IMG/VR virus record: IMGVR_UViG_3300031454_000257
Span: 1 to 45,097 of that record
Length of the DNA stretch: 45,097 bases
Direction: 5' to 3' (one strand)
Source: a virus
Taxonomy: Duplodnaviria; Caudoviricetes
Shown piece by piece: positions 17,172 through 26,681 of this stretch. Each line of letters starts with the position of its first letter. Within the stretch, counting starts at the first letter, position 1. A program made the position numbers and the translations under genes. Below the pieces are notes generated by a model that searched no databases, was not told the DNA's origin, and saw nothing but the letters and a program-made list of their open reading frames with translations.

Positions 17172-18230
17172 TTAAACAAGTCCTTTCAAAACAAAGACAT
17201 TTTCTTCATCGGGAACCGGAAAAGCGTTAAGCTGGACCGTCGGTTTTAACTGCATTCCCTCGTTCTTGCTGATGTAATAAACTCTCTGCCCGTTTGCATC
17301 AACGCCTTCTGGCGCGTCGGAATTCGGCGCAAGGTCATCGGCGCGAATGACGGGCGCGAAAGCGGATTTGCCGATTGCGGCTCCGGCGGGAATCGCGGCA
17401 AGCGTTCCGGCGGGAAACACTTTCGTCCGAGCCGCCGAATTTTGACCGCCGTCCCGGAAAACATCGAGCGAATCTTCCCACAGTCCGATAGTGAAAGCCG
17501 TGCCGAGATCCTGCTGAACATCATCAGCCAGTTCGGCAAGCCTCAATCTTCGCCCGGAAATCGTGTTAGTCGGCGAATCAAGCAAAATCGCGTTCAGCAC
17601 GGGGCGCGTCATCACGACTCCGGCAATGCTTCCCATTGCGCTTTGCGCCGCGACCATCGCGGCTGTAAATTCGTTGTAACCGTTGACCGAAGCATCCGTG
17701 TAGGGAGTTCCGACCGTCTGAATACGTCCAGAGTCAAAGCCGAAACTGATGTCGTAAGTCGCGCCGGTTTCGGGATTCACCTGGACGACTTTTCCGCTCG
17801 TCCACGCTGACACCATATCGAGTTCAAGGCGGCGATAATTGCTTCGCGCCATTGATTCAACGCGGTCGGGAATCGAAAAGCCGATAATCTGCGCAACCGC
17901 GTTCTGATTGGCGTTTAAGCCTAACGCCAGCCGCTGCATTTCTTTTTCTCCAATCGACTGATAAGCCTGTATCGGCGTAAAATCGAGTTTGCGAAGATCG
18001 GGGACGCGAATCGGAATCTGCCGCCCCTGCGCGTCCCACTCGCGGCGGTCCGAGACGAAGCGGTCGTCTAAAGTCATTACGTCGGCGAGTTCGGTTGACG
18101 GGACATCTACGCGCGGAAAAAAAGTTTCCCATTTCAGAATCCCGCGATCAGTCGGATCAATAGCCTGCGCTCTGACGGTCAGATCGGCGGCTGTTAAGTC
18201 ATCAATAAATTCAATCCAGTGTTTAGCCAT
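17172..18230 (-). CDS. Major capsid protein (gpE-like family)
   Basis: 352 aa after the scaffold and decoration genes; RRLELDMVSAWTSGKV pattern typical of gpE-type capsids. Confidence 0.8.
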   Translation of the reverse strand: MAKHWIEFIDDLTAADLTVRAQAIDPTDRGILKWETFFPRVDVPSTELADVMTLDDRFVSDRREWDAQGRQIPIRVPDLRKLDFTPIQAYQSIGEKEMQRLALGLNANQNAVAQIIGFSIPDRVESMARSNYRRLELDMVSAWTSGKVVQVNPETGATYDISFGFDSGRIQTVGTPYTDASVNGYNEFTAAMVAAQSAMGSIAGVVMTRPVLNAILLDSPTNTISGRRLRLAELADDVQQDLGTAFTIGLWEDSLDVFRDGGQNSAARTKVFPAGTLAAIPAGAAIGKSAFAPVIRADDLAPNSDAPEGVDANGQRVYYISKNEGMQLKPTVQLNAFPVPDEENVFVLKGLV

Positions 18231-18264
18231 TGTTTTTAATTACCTCTCTTGATACTCGTCAAAG

Positions 18265-18669
18265 CTATTTTTTCAGTGACAAAGTGATACTCGATCCCGC
18301 GCCGTCCAAACCGGCGATTTCGTTCGCCGTTAAAGCGCGTCCGAGATTGTCTTCCATCGAATCGCGGTTGCAGGTTCCGCTGAAAGCAACCGCTACAAAC
18401 GGATCGTTCGTAATTCCTGCTAAAGCGGTATTCGTATCCGCGACTTTTACTTCGTTTGGCGTTACGCCGACTCTTTTGGTGTTCGCGGCTCCGATAAGAA
18501 GACCGTCAATAGCAAGAGGGACGCCAGCTTTTAAGTAACCGTCAGCGTCAACCTCTGCCGTTGTAAGAGCGGATACATCGACCTTGACGTGCAGAACGTC
18601 GCGGGGTCCGTCAACAAACGGTTTGCCGTATCCGACAGCACCCGTTGTTTTTGTTACCATACCTGGCAT
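18265..18669 (-). CDS. Head decoration protein
   Basis: GYLKAGVPL motif; lies directly upstream of the major capsid gene. Confidence 0.7.
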   Translation of the reverse strand: MPGMVTKTTGAVGYGKPFVDGPRDVLHVKVDVSALTTAEVDADGYLKAGVPLAIDGLLIGAANTKRVGVTPNEVKVADTNTALAGITNDPFVAVAFSGTCNRDSMEDNLGRALTANEIAGLDGAGSSITLSLKK

Positions 18670-18694
18670 ATTTTATTCTCCTGAAATTTAATTC

Positions 18695-19426
18695 TTACGC
18701 GGGATTAGTCCCCGAAAACGCCTCGGCAAAACTTCTCGTTACATTGCCTCTGGCGGCTTCTTTTTCCTTGACCTCGTTTCGTATGCGTTCGGCTTTTGAT
18801 TCGCCCCCGCCGCCCGTCGATTGCCGAAACATCTTTTTGCCTTCGCCCGCCGTCAATGAACCCAAAACATCTTTGAAGCCGTCGGCTGTCGTCAGATAAT
18901 CATTATCGAAAGCGGTTTTCGTAACCTTGCCTTTATCGTCTTTGGAGACGGCGAAAAACTTTTCTCGCCCGTCAACCGTTTCCGATTCAAGGGAAAGGGC
19001 GTCGGTCTGTTTGATATTGAAAAAAGCGTTGAGATTAGTAACGCCCGCCGCGCTTGCGGCACGGGTTAAAATCTCGCGCTTTCTCGCGCCTTCGGTTTCG
19101 GTTTTCAATGCGTCGTAGCCTTCGACTTTCGGCTTGATGTCGTTGACATCGCCTAACGCTTTATAAGTTTCAAGCGCGTCAAAATCCTTTTTATCGACGG
19201 CGATTTTGCCCTGCGGCAAAGTGTCCTGTCCTTCAAGTTCAAGGATTCGGGTTTTCAAATTCGGAATATCGGCGACTTTCGTTAAAAGCTCGTCGCGTTT
19301 ATTGAGCAGTCCGCCGATTGAGGTGATGCCCTCAACTGAAGGTTCAAACTTGCCGTCGGCGCGTTTGTGGTAATGCTCTTTCATCTCATCGGGAACGTCA
19401 GTTTGTTGGTCGTATATTTTCAGCAT
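18695..19426 (-). CDS. Capsid scaffolding protein
   Basis: Charged coiled coil with a GGGG C-terminal linker; likely start MLKIYD. Confidence 0.65.
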   Translation of the reverse strand: MLKIYDQQTDVPDEMKEHYHKRADGKFEPSVEGITSIGGLLNKRDELLTKVADIPNLKTRILELEGQDTLPQGKIAVDKKDFDALETYKALGDVNDIKPKVEGYDALKTETEGARKREILTRAASAAGVTNLNAFFNIKQTDALSLESETVDGREKFFAVSKDDKGKVTKTAFDNDYLTTADGFKDVLGSLTAGEGKKMFRQSTGGGGESKAERIRNEVKEKEAARGNVTRSFAEAFSGTNPA

Positions 19427-19484
19427 AGTTTTCGTGGAATTTTTGCCGCGTGAAAGCGTAGCTTCACAGGTGAAATTTAAAAAC

Positions 19485-19527
19485 AAAAAAACCCGAAGAT
19501 TGAAACTGCTTTCAAATCTTCGGGTTT
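19485..19527 (-). terminator. Intrinsic terminator upstream of the scaffold gene
   Basis: AAACCCGAAGATTTGAAA...TTTCAATCTTCGGGTTT plus T-run. Confidence 0.8.
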
Positions 19528-19606
19528 GACCTTTTAAGGTGTTTTCCGTGCGCCGCTCTCCGGCGCGTTATTAAATTGTTTGGCGGGATTAGCCGCGTTC
19601 AAAATA

Positions 19607-19635
19607 AATCTAAACGATAATTAAATCAAAGTCAA
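19607..19635 (-). promoter_or_regulatory. Sigma70-type promoter for the head-operon leader
   Basis: TTGACT-N17-TAGATT. Confidence 0.6.
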
Positions 19636-19644
19636 TAAAATTCT

Positions 19645-19851
19645 TTAGCTACTTTGTTTTGATTCCTGCTTTAACTGAAACTTAGTTTTATAGGTTCGGC
19701 TATGCTTTCCGCAAATTTGGCGAATCCGCTCCGCCGAAACGCAAAAGTGCTTTCCAATGCTTTGTAGCGTCAAACCTTTTTCACGCATCTCAATAATCTT
19801 TTGCTTGCGTTCTTCAATTTCGGTTTTGTTGGTTATGTAGTAAGCTGCCAT
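19645..19851 (-). CDS. Small HTH protein (sigma70 region-4-like)
   Basis: GLTLQSIGKHFCVSAERIRQI. Confidence 0.7.
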   Translation of the reverse strand: MAAYYITNKTEIEERKQKIIEMREKGLTLQSIGKHFCVSAERIRQICGKHSRTYKTKFQLKQESKQSS

Positions 19852-19900
19852 AATTCCAACATTCTATCACAAATCGCGCCTTTTGCGGCTCGGCTTTTCC

Positions 19901-20104
19901 CTACCGCCCGAACTCGTCAAGAAACCGCGAAACGTCCGCCGGAACATTAAAACTAGAATCGTTTGCGATAAAGCGCGCGATTTCCGCCGCCGCCGATTTC
20001 GCGTTGCGGAAAGCGTGAAGCAGCGGGTTGTCGGGCTTCCGCGCGCCGCGTTTGACGACTTTAACGGTCGTTTCGATTTTGAGTTTATTTATCTGTTCGG
20101 ACAT
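19901..20104 (-). CDS. Hypothetical protein
   Basis: Start/stop overlap with the upstream gene. Confidence 0.5.
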   Translation of the reverse strand: MSEQINKLKIETTVKVVKRGARKPDNPLLHAFRNAKSAAAEIARFIANDSSFNVPADVSRFLDEFGR

Positions 20105-20421
20105 TAACCTTTACCTTCTAAGTTTTCGGCGCGTTTTCTGTCTTTATATATTTCCTCGAATCCGTGTTTTTTGAATTTGTCGAGTTTATCTTCTGCATCC
20201 TTTAGCTGCTTACTATAAAAATTCACCGAATCCTGTGCGAATTGAAGCTCTTTTTTGTAGTTCTTAACTCGATTTTCAAACTCAAATTCCTTACCAATAA
20301 CTTCCTCGCAGCGAGCGCAGACCTTGCTGCTGCTTTCAGTTTTTAGTTTCGGTATTTCGTTAGCCAGTGAAAGTATTTTTTTACAGAAACCGCATTGCCA
20401 TACATCGTTATCTAATTTCAT
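20104..20421 (-). CDS. Zn-finger plus coiled-coil hypothetical protein
   Basis: CGFC...CARC. Confidence 0.6.
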   Translation of the reverse strand: MKLDNDVWQCGFCKKILSLANEIPKLKTESSSKVCARCEEVIGKEFEFENRVKNYKKELQFAQDSVNFYSKQLKDAEDKLDKFKKHGFEEIYKDRKRAENLEGKG

Positions 20422-20594
20422 TTATTGCTCCCTTTAATCTTTCCTTGCGTCGTTAGGTGGAATAATTTACAGGTCGGACACAAATAAATTCTGTATTTCC
20501 TTCTAAACACGCGCGCGACGAAACGGCGAAAGCGTCGAGCGGCGCGGCGCGAATCGAAATCGCGTTTAGCTTTGCAAATCTCCCTTTGACTCAT
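20418..20594 (-). CDS. Small basic Zn-binding phage protein (58 aa, not in the ORF track)
   Basis: CKAKRDFDSRRAA...RIYLCPTCKLFHLT; ATGA overlap with the next gene. Confidence 0.65.
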   Translation of the reverse strand: MSQREICKAKRDFDSRRAARRFRRFVARVFRRKYRIYLCPTCKLFHLTTQGKIKGSNK

Positions 20595-20644
20595 TGAATT
20601 TGTTAAGCATAAAAATCAGTTTGCGATTTTGCGCAAGTTGAAAA

Positions 20645-21052
20645 TCATTTATAAACCCCGATAACTTCATCAATGCTGTATGCGTTTTTTATTTCGTCCT
20701 CACCGATTTCGGACGGGCAGTATATTTTGCCCGTTTCATCCATAAAAACGGCGTGTGTGTCTTTGGAATCGAAACATTGCCTTATCGTAACGATATGCGC
20801 GGGCGCGAACGGTTTTAGTAGTTCATCCCGACCGAATTTAACCTGATTAAAATATTCGACTTCTTTACGAATAATCTGCCGTCCGCAAAATGCCAGATAC
20901 TTAATTATTTCTTTGCTCGTCAATCCGCGACTATCAAAACTTTGTATAAAATCCTGGTCAATTTCTTCGTAAGATTTGCCCAAAATCATTGCCATACACG
21001 CGACCGCGCAACCGTATTTATGCTTCTGTTTTACAAATTTGATTTCAGCCAT
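20645..21052 (-). CDS. C39-like cysteine peptidase domain protein
   Basis: Q-x4-GCAVACMAMIL and a downstream HAV. Confidence 0.65.
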   Translation of the reverse strand: MAEIKFVKQKHKYGCAVACMAMILGKSYEEIDQDFIQSFDSRGLTSKEIIKYLAFCGRQIIRKEVEYFNQVKFGRDELLKPFAPAHIVTIRQCFDSKDTHAVFMDETGKIYCPSEIGEDEIKNAYSIDEVIGVYK

Positions 21053-21056
21053 AAAT

Positions 21057-22559
21057 TTATACAGTCGGCGGCGGAGCGGTCGGATTCATCCGTATCCGCT
21101 CAATCACTTCCGCCACATTCTTTATCTGCCGCAGTTCAAGCGCCGTCTGCAAGTCAATCAGCCCGGCTTTGTAATCCTCTCGAATCTGCGCGTTTTCTTC
21201 GGGCGTCAGCTCGACGGTTGACACAGACGCTCCAAACTTAGCCCGCAGATTTTCAAATTTTCCCGGCTTGCCCATAAATTCGGCGGCAACTCTCAGCGCG
21301 GTTTCAATCAGCCACGCGCCCGCCGGGTCAATCGCTTCTTTCGATTGGTTTAACGACGATTGAAATTCCTTGCGCGCTTCGATGCGCGATTTGCCCGAAG
21401 CCGTCGCGCTGTCAGCCATCAGCAGATGCCGCATTTTCGCGTGCGAATAGATGACCGAGCGCCAATGCTCCGATGTGCCGACGAACGAATCAATCGGCAC
21501 GGGGTCGGTAAAAATAAGATTTGGATTAGCCAAAGCCTTTGCAACGCCGTCCTCATCAAACATCTTTTGCGCTTGCAGGAAATTAAACGAACCCGGTCCG
21601 GTTCGCATCGGTTCAGGAACAAATTCCCTTATCGTCGCGCCCGTCTCGTCCGTTCCTTTATCGACGTATTCGCCCGGCGGCTGAACGCCGATTGCCAATC
21701 TTTCGCGGCTTCCGGCTAGATTGTTATTTCGCGTGAGCATCGTTCCCGATAGATTTATCGCGCGCTGCGCCTGGCAAACCGAATTTACAATCAGCGGTTT
21801 GACGTTCAATTGATAAATCGGCAGATGACCGCCCAACGCAAACGGGTCGGCAATTTCCGCGCCCGCGCCCGTTTTGTTGTTTGAAATCGTTCCCCAATTC
21901 GTCGCGCCGCTTGCGTCGTCGACGTAAGAGTATTCGCACAGGGACACGTCTTTTTTGTCGATTTTCATTCGATAAAGGAAAAGCCCCAATTCCTTCGCCG
22001 TATCTTCATCGACAACCACGCCGCCCGCCTCGACCGGTTCGCTGCGAAACCAAATCTTATCGAGCGCGTCTTTTAAGTTCGCGGCGTAGATTCTGCCTTC
22101 GCCCGTCAGATTTCCCGACGGTATAAAGCAGCGAATCACTCTCGAATGTTCGCGCCGCGCGCCGCGCAGAGCGTCGGAGAGAACAATCGTCGTCTTGCGG
22201 CGGTCATACCAGTCTTTTAAGATTTCGAGCGTTTGAGCGAGTTCCGCCTCAGATGCGTCCGGGTGTTCGAGACTGATTTGCGGCTCGTCGCCCAAAACAT
22301 TCTCGACGTGCGTGTCGAGAACTTCCGAAATAATGGGTTCGGTCGAAAACCCGCGCTGCAAGGTTAGCGTTCGTTCAAGCGCATTCTCGCCCGCCGGGAG
22401 CTGTCCGATAAAGCCGTTTCCGCCTTGCCAATGCTCGTCGGCGTCAAAGTCGCGGCGTGATTTCATTTCGCGTAAATCGGGCAGTTTACCGTTTTTAGCA
22501 GAAAAGCGGTCGTTCAGCAGCTTTTGCGCGTCCGTGTATGTGATGGCTGTGTAATCCAT
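21057..22559 (-). CDS. Portal protein
   Basis: 500 aa directly after TerL; SPP1-like features (VENVLGDEP, SGKSR). Confidence 0.75.
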   Translation of the reverse strand: MDYTAITYTDAQKLLNDRFSAKNGKLPDLREMKSRRDFDADEHWQGGNGFIGQLPAGENALERTLTLQRGFSTEPIISEVLDTHVENVLGDEPQISLEHPDASEAELAQTLEILKDWYDRRKTTIVLSDALRGARREHSRVIRCFIPSGNLTGEGRIYAANLKDALDKIWFRSEPVEAGGVVVDEDTAKELGLFLYRMKIDKKDVSLCEYSYVDDASGATNWGTISNNKTGAGAEIADPFALGGHLPIYQLNVKPLIVNSVCQAQRAINLSGTMLTRNNNLAGSRERLAIGVQPPGEYVDKGTDETGATIREFVPEPMRTGPGSFNFLQAQKMFDEDGVAKALANPNLIFTDPVPIDSFVGTSEHWRSVIYSHAKMRHLLMADSATASGKSRIEARKEFQSSLNQSKEAIDPAGAWLIETALRVAAEFMGKPGKFENLRAKFGASVSTVELTPEENAQIREDYKAGLIDLQTALELRQIKNVAEVIERIRMNPTAPPPTV

Positions 22560-22565
22560 AATGTT

Positions 22566-23876
22566 TTAATAACTGCTCTGGCTGTAATTGACGGGCTGTT
22601 TGTAAATTATTCGGCTCGGCTTACTTAATACTTCTTGAGCGTAACGAACGGCGTCGCTCGCGTGATTTGCGCCGTCCTGCGGCTCGTCTAACCATTCGCC
22701 GTTTTTATTTCGCCACGAATAATTTTCCATTTCACGAATAAGGTTTTTTGAACCGGCGAGAATTTTTATGTTATGGCGTTTTATCTCGTTGATGCCCGCA
22801 ACGATTGAGCCTTTGCCTTTCGCGGAAGCCTGCATATTAAAGCCCGCGCGTTTTAAGGCTTGAATCATTTCGGGGCGTGATGAGTCGCCGACAATCGGGA
22901 TTCTTTTGCTTATTTCCAGCGCATTCAGACGCTCGATGAGCATATCGGAAGTGAGTTTGGATTCGTAAAGCAGTTCACGCGCGTAAAGGTTTTTCTTGTC
23001 AATTCCGACGACATCGGCAAGCGCAATCGCAACAAGCGCGCACGGGTCGTTGTAGCCGAAATCCAAGCCGTAAGCCTGCACATTCGGCATATCGGATACG
23101 ACTTCAAAGTCAGGATAAATTAAGCCTTCCTGATTCTGTCCCCATTCGCCAAGCCCGTAGACTTTGTAATAATTCGGATTGGTAAATTTTAAGGATTCGA
23201 GAAACTGCAAATAATTCGCGTCGAGAAATCGGTTATCACGATACGTTGTTTTGAGAATGAAATGCTCGAGCGGTCGGTTGTGATGAATTTCCGTGTTTAG
23301 CCAATGATGCGCGTTAATCGGGTTATACATCAAAGTTATCTGCACTTCGGAAAAGCCGCGCAGACGTAAAGAAAGCTGGTCGAGTTCCGAGAGCGTGTGA
23401 AGCTCGGTCGCCTCTTCGATTAAAATTCTATCGACGCCTTGAATGGATTTGACCTTTTCAACGTCGTCTAAGCCGACGAATATAATCTGCACATTTGTCT
23501 TTCGGTTAGTAATCGAAAGCGGACTTTTTAGAATATCGAAATCGTCTTCGAGTCCCCATTCATAAATGATTGCTTTGATTTGCGCGTAAACCGAGTTTGC
23601 AAGCGTGTTATAAAACTTGCGGACGACGAGCGTTTTTCTGTTGCGTCTCTCCTCTCGGTAAGTAAAGCGGATTTCCTTCTGGCAGCCGAAAACGGATTTT
23701 CCGCTCCCCGCGCTCCCAAACAAATGGATGAAACGCGACTTGTTTTCAAACAAAGAGGTATAAGCCTCGTTATACAGTTCCGGGTTATCGAAATTGAATG
23801 TCGAGATTTTATACTGCTCTTTTTGTTTTTTCGCCGTTATTACGTCTAAATCCGCTTTATGCCACAGGTGAACCAT
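22566..23876 (-). CDS. terL: Terminase large subunit (PBSX family)
   Basis: Walker A GSAGSGKS, Walker B IEEATE, GLDFGYNDP, NHASDAVRY; exact start uncertain. Confidence 0.95.
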   Translation of the reverse strand: MVHLWHKADLDVITAKKQKEQYKISTFNFDNPELYNEAYTSLFENKSRFIHLFGSAGSGKSVFGCQKEIRFTYREERRNRKTLVVRKFYNTLANSVYAQIKAIIYEWGLEDDFDILKSPLSITNRKTNVQIIFVGLDDVEKVKSIQGVDRILIEEATELHTLSELDQLSLRLRGFSEVQITLMYNPINAHHWLNTEIHHNRPLEHFILKTTYRDNRFLDANYLQFLESLKFTNPNYYKVYGLGEWGQNQEGLIYPDFEVVSDMPNVQAYGLDFGYNDPCALVAIALADVVGIDKKNLYARELLYESKLTSDMLIERLNALEISKRIPIVGDSSRPEMIQALKRAGFNMQASAKGKGSIVAGINEIKRHNIKILAGSKNLIREMENYSWRNKNGEWLDEPQDGANHASDAVRYAQEVLSKPSRIIYKQPVNYSQSSY

Positions 23877-24252
23877 CTTCACCGAAGGCGGCACGCAGCG
23901 CGGCGAGGTCGAGTTTAACTCCATCCGTTTCACCTTGCGCGAACTTTAACCATTCGAGAATATCCTTGTCCGTCTTGATTATTCCGTCCATCGTTTTCTG
24001 TCTTATAACTCTCTTTGCAATCCGCAGTCGTTCAGCCTTTGACGCGATGCCAGTCATCACCGAAAGGCGGTCAACTTCGGCAGAAAATTCAATGTCGGTA
24101 AGCCAGCGTTCGACAGTTCTTACATTTTTGCCTATTGCTTCGGCTACATACTTTTGCGTGTTGCCTTCGGCAAGCAGAATTGCAGTGCGGCTTTTTTCTG
24201 CCGTCCATTCAAAAACCGACACTTTTCCGACATTTGTTTTTTTTGTTGCCAT
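23857..24252 (-). CDS. terS: Terminase small subunit (HTH)
   Basis: LLAEGNTQKYVAEAIGKNVRTVERW HTH; overlaps terL. Confidence 0.75.
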   Translation of the reverse strand: MATKKTNVGKVSVFEWTAEKSRTAILLAEGNTQKYVAEAIGKNVRTVERWLTDIEFSAEVDRLSVMTGIASKAERLRIAKRVIRQKTMDGIIKTDKDILEWLKFAQGETDGVKLDLAALRAAFGEDGSPVA

Positions 24253-24302
24253 TCTCAATTTTCCTCAACAAAAATGCCCACTCGCCACGCGCCCAAGACT
24301 CC

Positions 24303-24974
24303 TTAAGCATTCCTCATCTGCAAACTAGCCGAAGTATGCACGTGCGCCGATGCCGCCACAGCCGCGTTCGTTACCACGCCGATAACATAATGCCCGTCGG
24401 CGGGAATAGCGAAGTCCGCTCCGGTGGCGTTTAGTAATCCGTCGGCGACGGGGTTCGTAAAAGTCAGCGTCGAGCCTGTTACAACCGTTCCGAGCGTGTA
24501 AATCGCTAAGCCCGCGCCGCCAGATACAGCCGGACGGGTTATCGGATAAAGCCCAAAAACGAAAGTGCCGACGAACGGCGAAATGTCGTTCGTGTAAAGC
24601 TGGCATCTGAGTCGGAGTTTTGTCGTCAAGCCGTTCACAGTGGGGTAATCAGCCGCCGCGATGTAAATCACGTTCGGCGGATAAAGCGTTCCCGTTCCCG
24701 AAATGCCGAGCGGGTCGCCCTGACCCAGAAAATATGTGCCAGCGACGCGCGCCGCCGTGTGCGAGCCAGATGAATCTAAAATCGTCCTGTATGACGAGTT
24801 GGGAACGGCGGCGGCGGTAATTCCGGGCGTTATATCAACAACTGTTCCGGCGGCGTTTTCCGTATAGAACTTTTTATCCGCAATATTGACCGCAAGTTGG
24901 CGTGGCAATATATTGGCGGCAAGCGGAACTGCTCCCGCCGTTTCAGACATATAAAGTTGTGTTCTGCTTGCCAT
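24303..24974 (-). CDS. Fibre-like structural protein
   Basis: N-terminal AGAVP...QLAVNIADKKFY resembles a T4 gp34-type fibre attachment motif. Confidence 0.6.
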   Translation of the reverse strand: MASRTQLYMSETAGAVPLAANILPRQLAVNIADKKFYTENAAGTVVDITPGITAAAVPNSSYRTILDSSGSHTAARVAGTYFLGQGDPLGISGTGTLYPPNVIYIAAADYPTVNGLTTKLRLRCQLYTNDISPFVGTFVFGLYPITRPAVSGGAGLAIYTLGTVVTGSTLTFTNPVADGLLNATGADFAIPADGHYVIGVVTNAAVAASAHVHTSASLQMRNA

Positions 24975-24977
24975 TGA

Positions 24978-25709
24978 TTAAAATACGCCCGCGTCGAGTT
25001 GGATGTTGTCAATACTTCCGCCGGTAATCGCGACGGCATTCGCGTTCTGCGTCGCCATCGTTCCTAAGCCGAGATTTGTGCGCGCCGTCAGGACGCTCGC
25101 AACGTCAGACAAGTTAGCGGTTTTGACCATTTTCAAGCCTAAATTCGTCGAGGTCGTCGCCGCAAAATTCGCGTCGTTGCCGAGAGCCGCCGCTAACTCG
25201 TTTAATGTGTCGAGCGCGGCGGGCGAGCTTGCGACCAGATTGGCGATTGCCGAATCGACGTAAGTTTTAAGCGCGTAGAGATTGGCAAGCGAGCCGCCCA
25301 AACTGAGCGCATTGTCGGCAGTCGCCGCCGAATCGACTTTGCCGTCGTTGTTCGTGTCATAAACGGCTTTGGTCATATCGCCCGCGCCTGTGCCGGACAG
25401 ATTCGCTTTGACGTATGCGGTCGTTGCAAGCTGCGTTGAATTATCGGCGGTTGCCGGTGTCGGCGCGATTGGGGACGATGCGAAAGTTTTTACGCCGGAG
25501 AGCGTTTGATTTGTCGTCTTATCGAGAAACGCGCCGCGTCCGCCGATTGTGATAACCGATGTCGCGTTGCCCGCGCCGTCATCGCCTTTGCCGTAATAAA
25601 GCGTATCGTCCTGCTCGTTGTAAGCTGGTTCGCCGGTTTTTAACGCTGCCGGAGCGCCCGCCGCTCCGCCTGCTAATCGTCTTTTTATCCGAAATAATAT
25701 ACTAGGCAT
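24978..25709 (-). CDS. Tail/head fibre protein
   Basis: Mtd-N-like IKRR...LKTGEPAYNEQDDTLYYG; SPIAPTPATADNSTQLATTAYV; SPAALDTLNELAAALGND (P2 gpH-type). Confidence 0.8.
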   Translation of the reverse strand: MPSILFRIKRRLAGGAAGAPAALKTGEPAYNEQDDTLYYGKGDDGAGNATSVITIGGRGAFLDKTTNQTLSGVKTFASSPIAPTPATADNSTQLATTAYVKANLSGTGAGDMTKAVYDTNNDGKVDSAATADNALSLGGSLANLYALKTYVDSAIANLVASSPAALDTLNELAAALGNDANFAATTSTNLGLKMVKTANLSDVASVLTARTNLGLGTMATQNANAVAITGGSIDNIQLDAGVF

Positions 25710-25721
25710 AACTTAATTCCT

Positions 25722-25976
25722 CTAAAAATTTCCGCCGTCGAGAATAGAACCTAAATTTATAAATGCAAAATCGCCTGAATCGCCTTTAATCCCTGCCGCG
25801 CCGTCTGCGCCCTTCTTTCCCTGCGCGGCTATCTCGACAATTTGAAACGATTCTTTTTCCAGAACGACGACTTCGCTGATGATTGTCTGGACGATTTCAG
25901 ACGGCGCGGGCGTGTCGGTAATAACCGCGATTTCCGCCGGTTCTGAAATGACGAGAACTGTTTCGGATAGATTCAT
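25722..25976 (-). CDS. Short collagen-like fibre-associated protein
   Basis: QGKKGADGAAGIKGDSG Gly-X-Y repeats; C-terminal LDGGNF. Confidence 0.6.
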   Translation of the reverse strand: MNLSETVLVISEPAEIAVITDTPAPSEIVQTIISEVVVLEKESFQIVEIAAQGKKGADGAAGIKGDSGDFAFINLGSILDGGNF

Positions 25977-26317
25977 ACGTCCGATTGTTTTTTAACCGTT
26001 TCTTTTCGCTGCAATGTCGTTTTAATTTCCGCGCCCGTCGTAAATTCCAGATAACTGACCGTATCGAATCCTGATTTCAAATCCGCCGTATCGGTCACCG
26101 AAAGTTTAACGACTACTTTTCCCGAAAGCAGCGTAACGACTACTTTTCCCGCCGCGTATCGGGTTATTGTCGAGCCGTTTTTAATGACGAAGACAATCGT
26201 CTGCCCGGTTAAATCTACGGGGCTGTCCGGGTCGGCGGTTTTAGAATTGGAGACGAGCGGATTAAAGAACGTATAAGTTCTGGTAAAGGTATCGCCGATT
26301 CTGATTGGGTTTCCCAT
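25973..26317 (-). CDS. BppU/Ig-like fibre adaptor protein
   Basis: IGDTF...PVDLTG...GKVVVKLS..DT..L pattern. Confidence 0.55.
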   Translation of the reverse strand: MGNPIRIGDTFTRTYTFFNPLVSNSKTADPDSPVDLTGQTIVFVIKNGSTITRYAAGKVVVTLLSGKVVVKLSVTDTADLKSGFDTVSYLEFTTGAEIKTTLQRKETVKKQSDV

Positions 26318-26328
26318 TTTTTACCTTG

Positions 26329-26475
26329 TCAACCGTCGAAAACTTCCGTGTTTCTAAGCATCTCCGCAAGACAGATTTTGCAGATATTTGTTCGCTCCGT
26401 TTCAGTTCGGTTTTTTCTGCAAAACGAGCAAACGCGCGCGTCTCGTCGCTGTTTGGTAATGTTTTTGCTGCTCAT
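26329..26475 (-). CDS. ClpX-type C4 Zn-finger peptide (48 aa, not in the ORF track)
   Basis: VCSFCRK...NICKIC. Confidence 0.55.
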   Translation of the reverse strand: MSSKNITKQRRDARVCSFCRKNRTETERTNICKICLAEMLRNTEVFDG

Positions 26476-26479
26476 TTTT

Positions 26480-26680
26480 TCACCCGAAAATACAATTATT
26501 AGCGTCAATGAAGCCGCGCAAAATCATCATTCCTTTGCCTTTGCCTTTTTTTATCGCGTCAAAAACTAACTCAATCGAACTAACGTGCGCGTCGCAGTTG
26601 CCGGACGGAAAAGCGATTATTTTGCCGCCATCGTAACCTAGAGCGGGCTTTTCACAATTGTCGCACGGTATTTCAATCAT
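26480..26680 (-). CDS. Hypothetical protein
   Basis: CDNC motif; tight operon spacing. Confidence 0.55.
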   Translation of the reverse strand: MIEIPCDNCEKPALGYDGGKIIAFPSGNCDAHVSSIELVFDAIKKGKGKGMMILRGFIDANNCIFG

Positions 26681-26681
26681 T

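Noticed and set aside
20452-20458. GTTAGGT attC-like core
   Set aside because: Lies inside the 20418-20594 ORF (HLT codons) with no partner site
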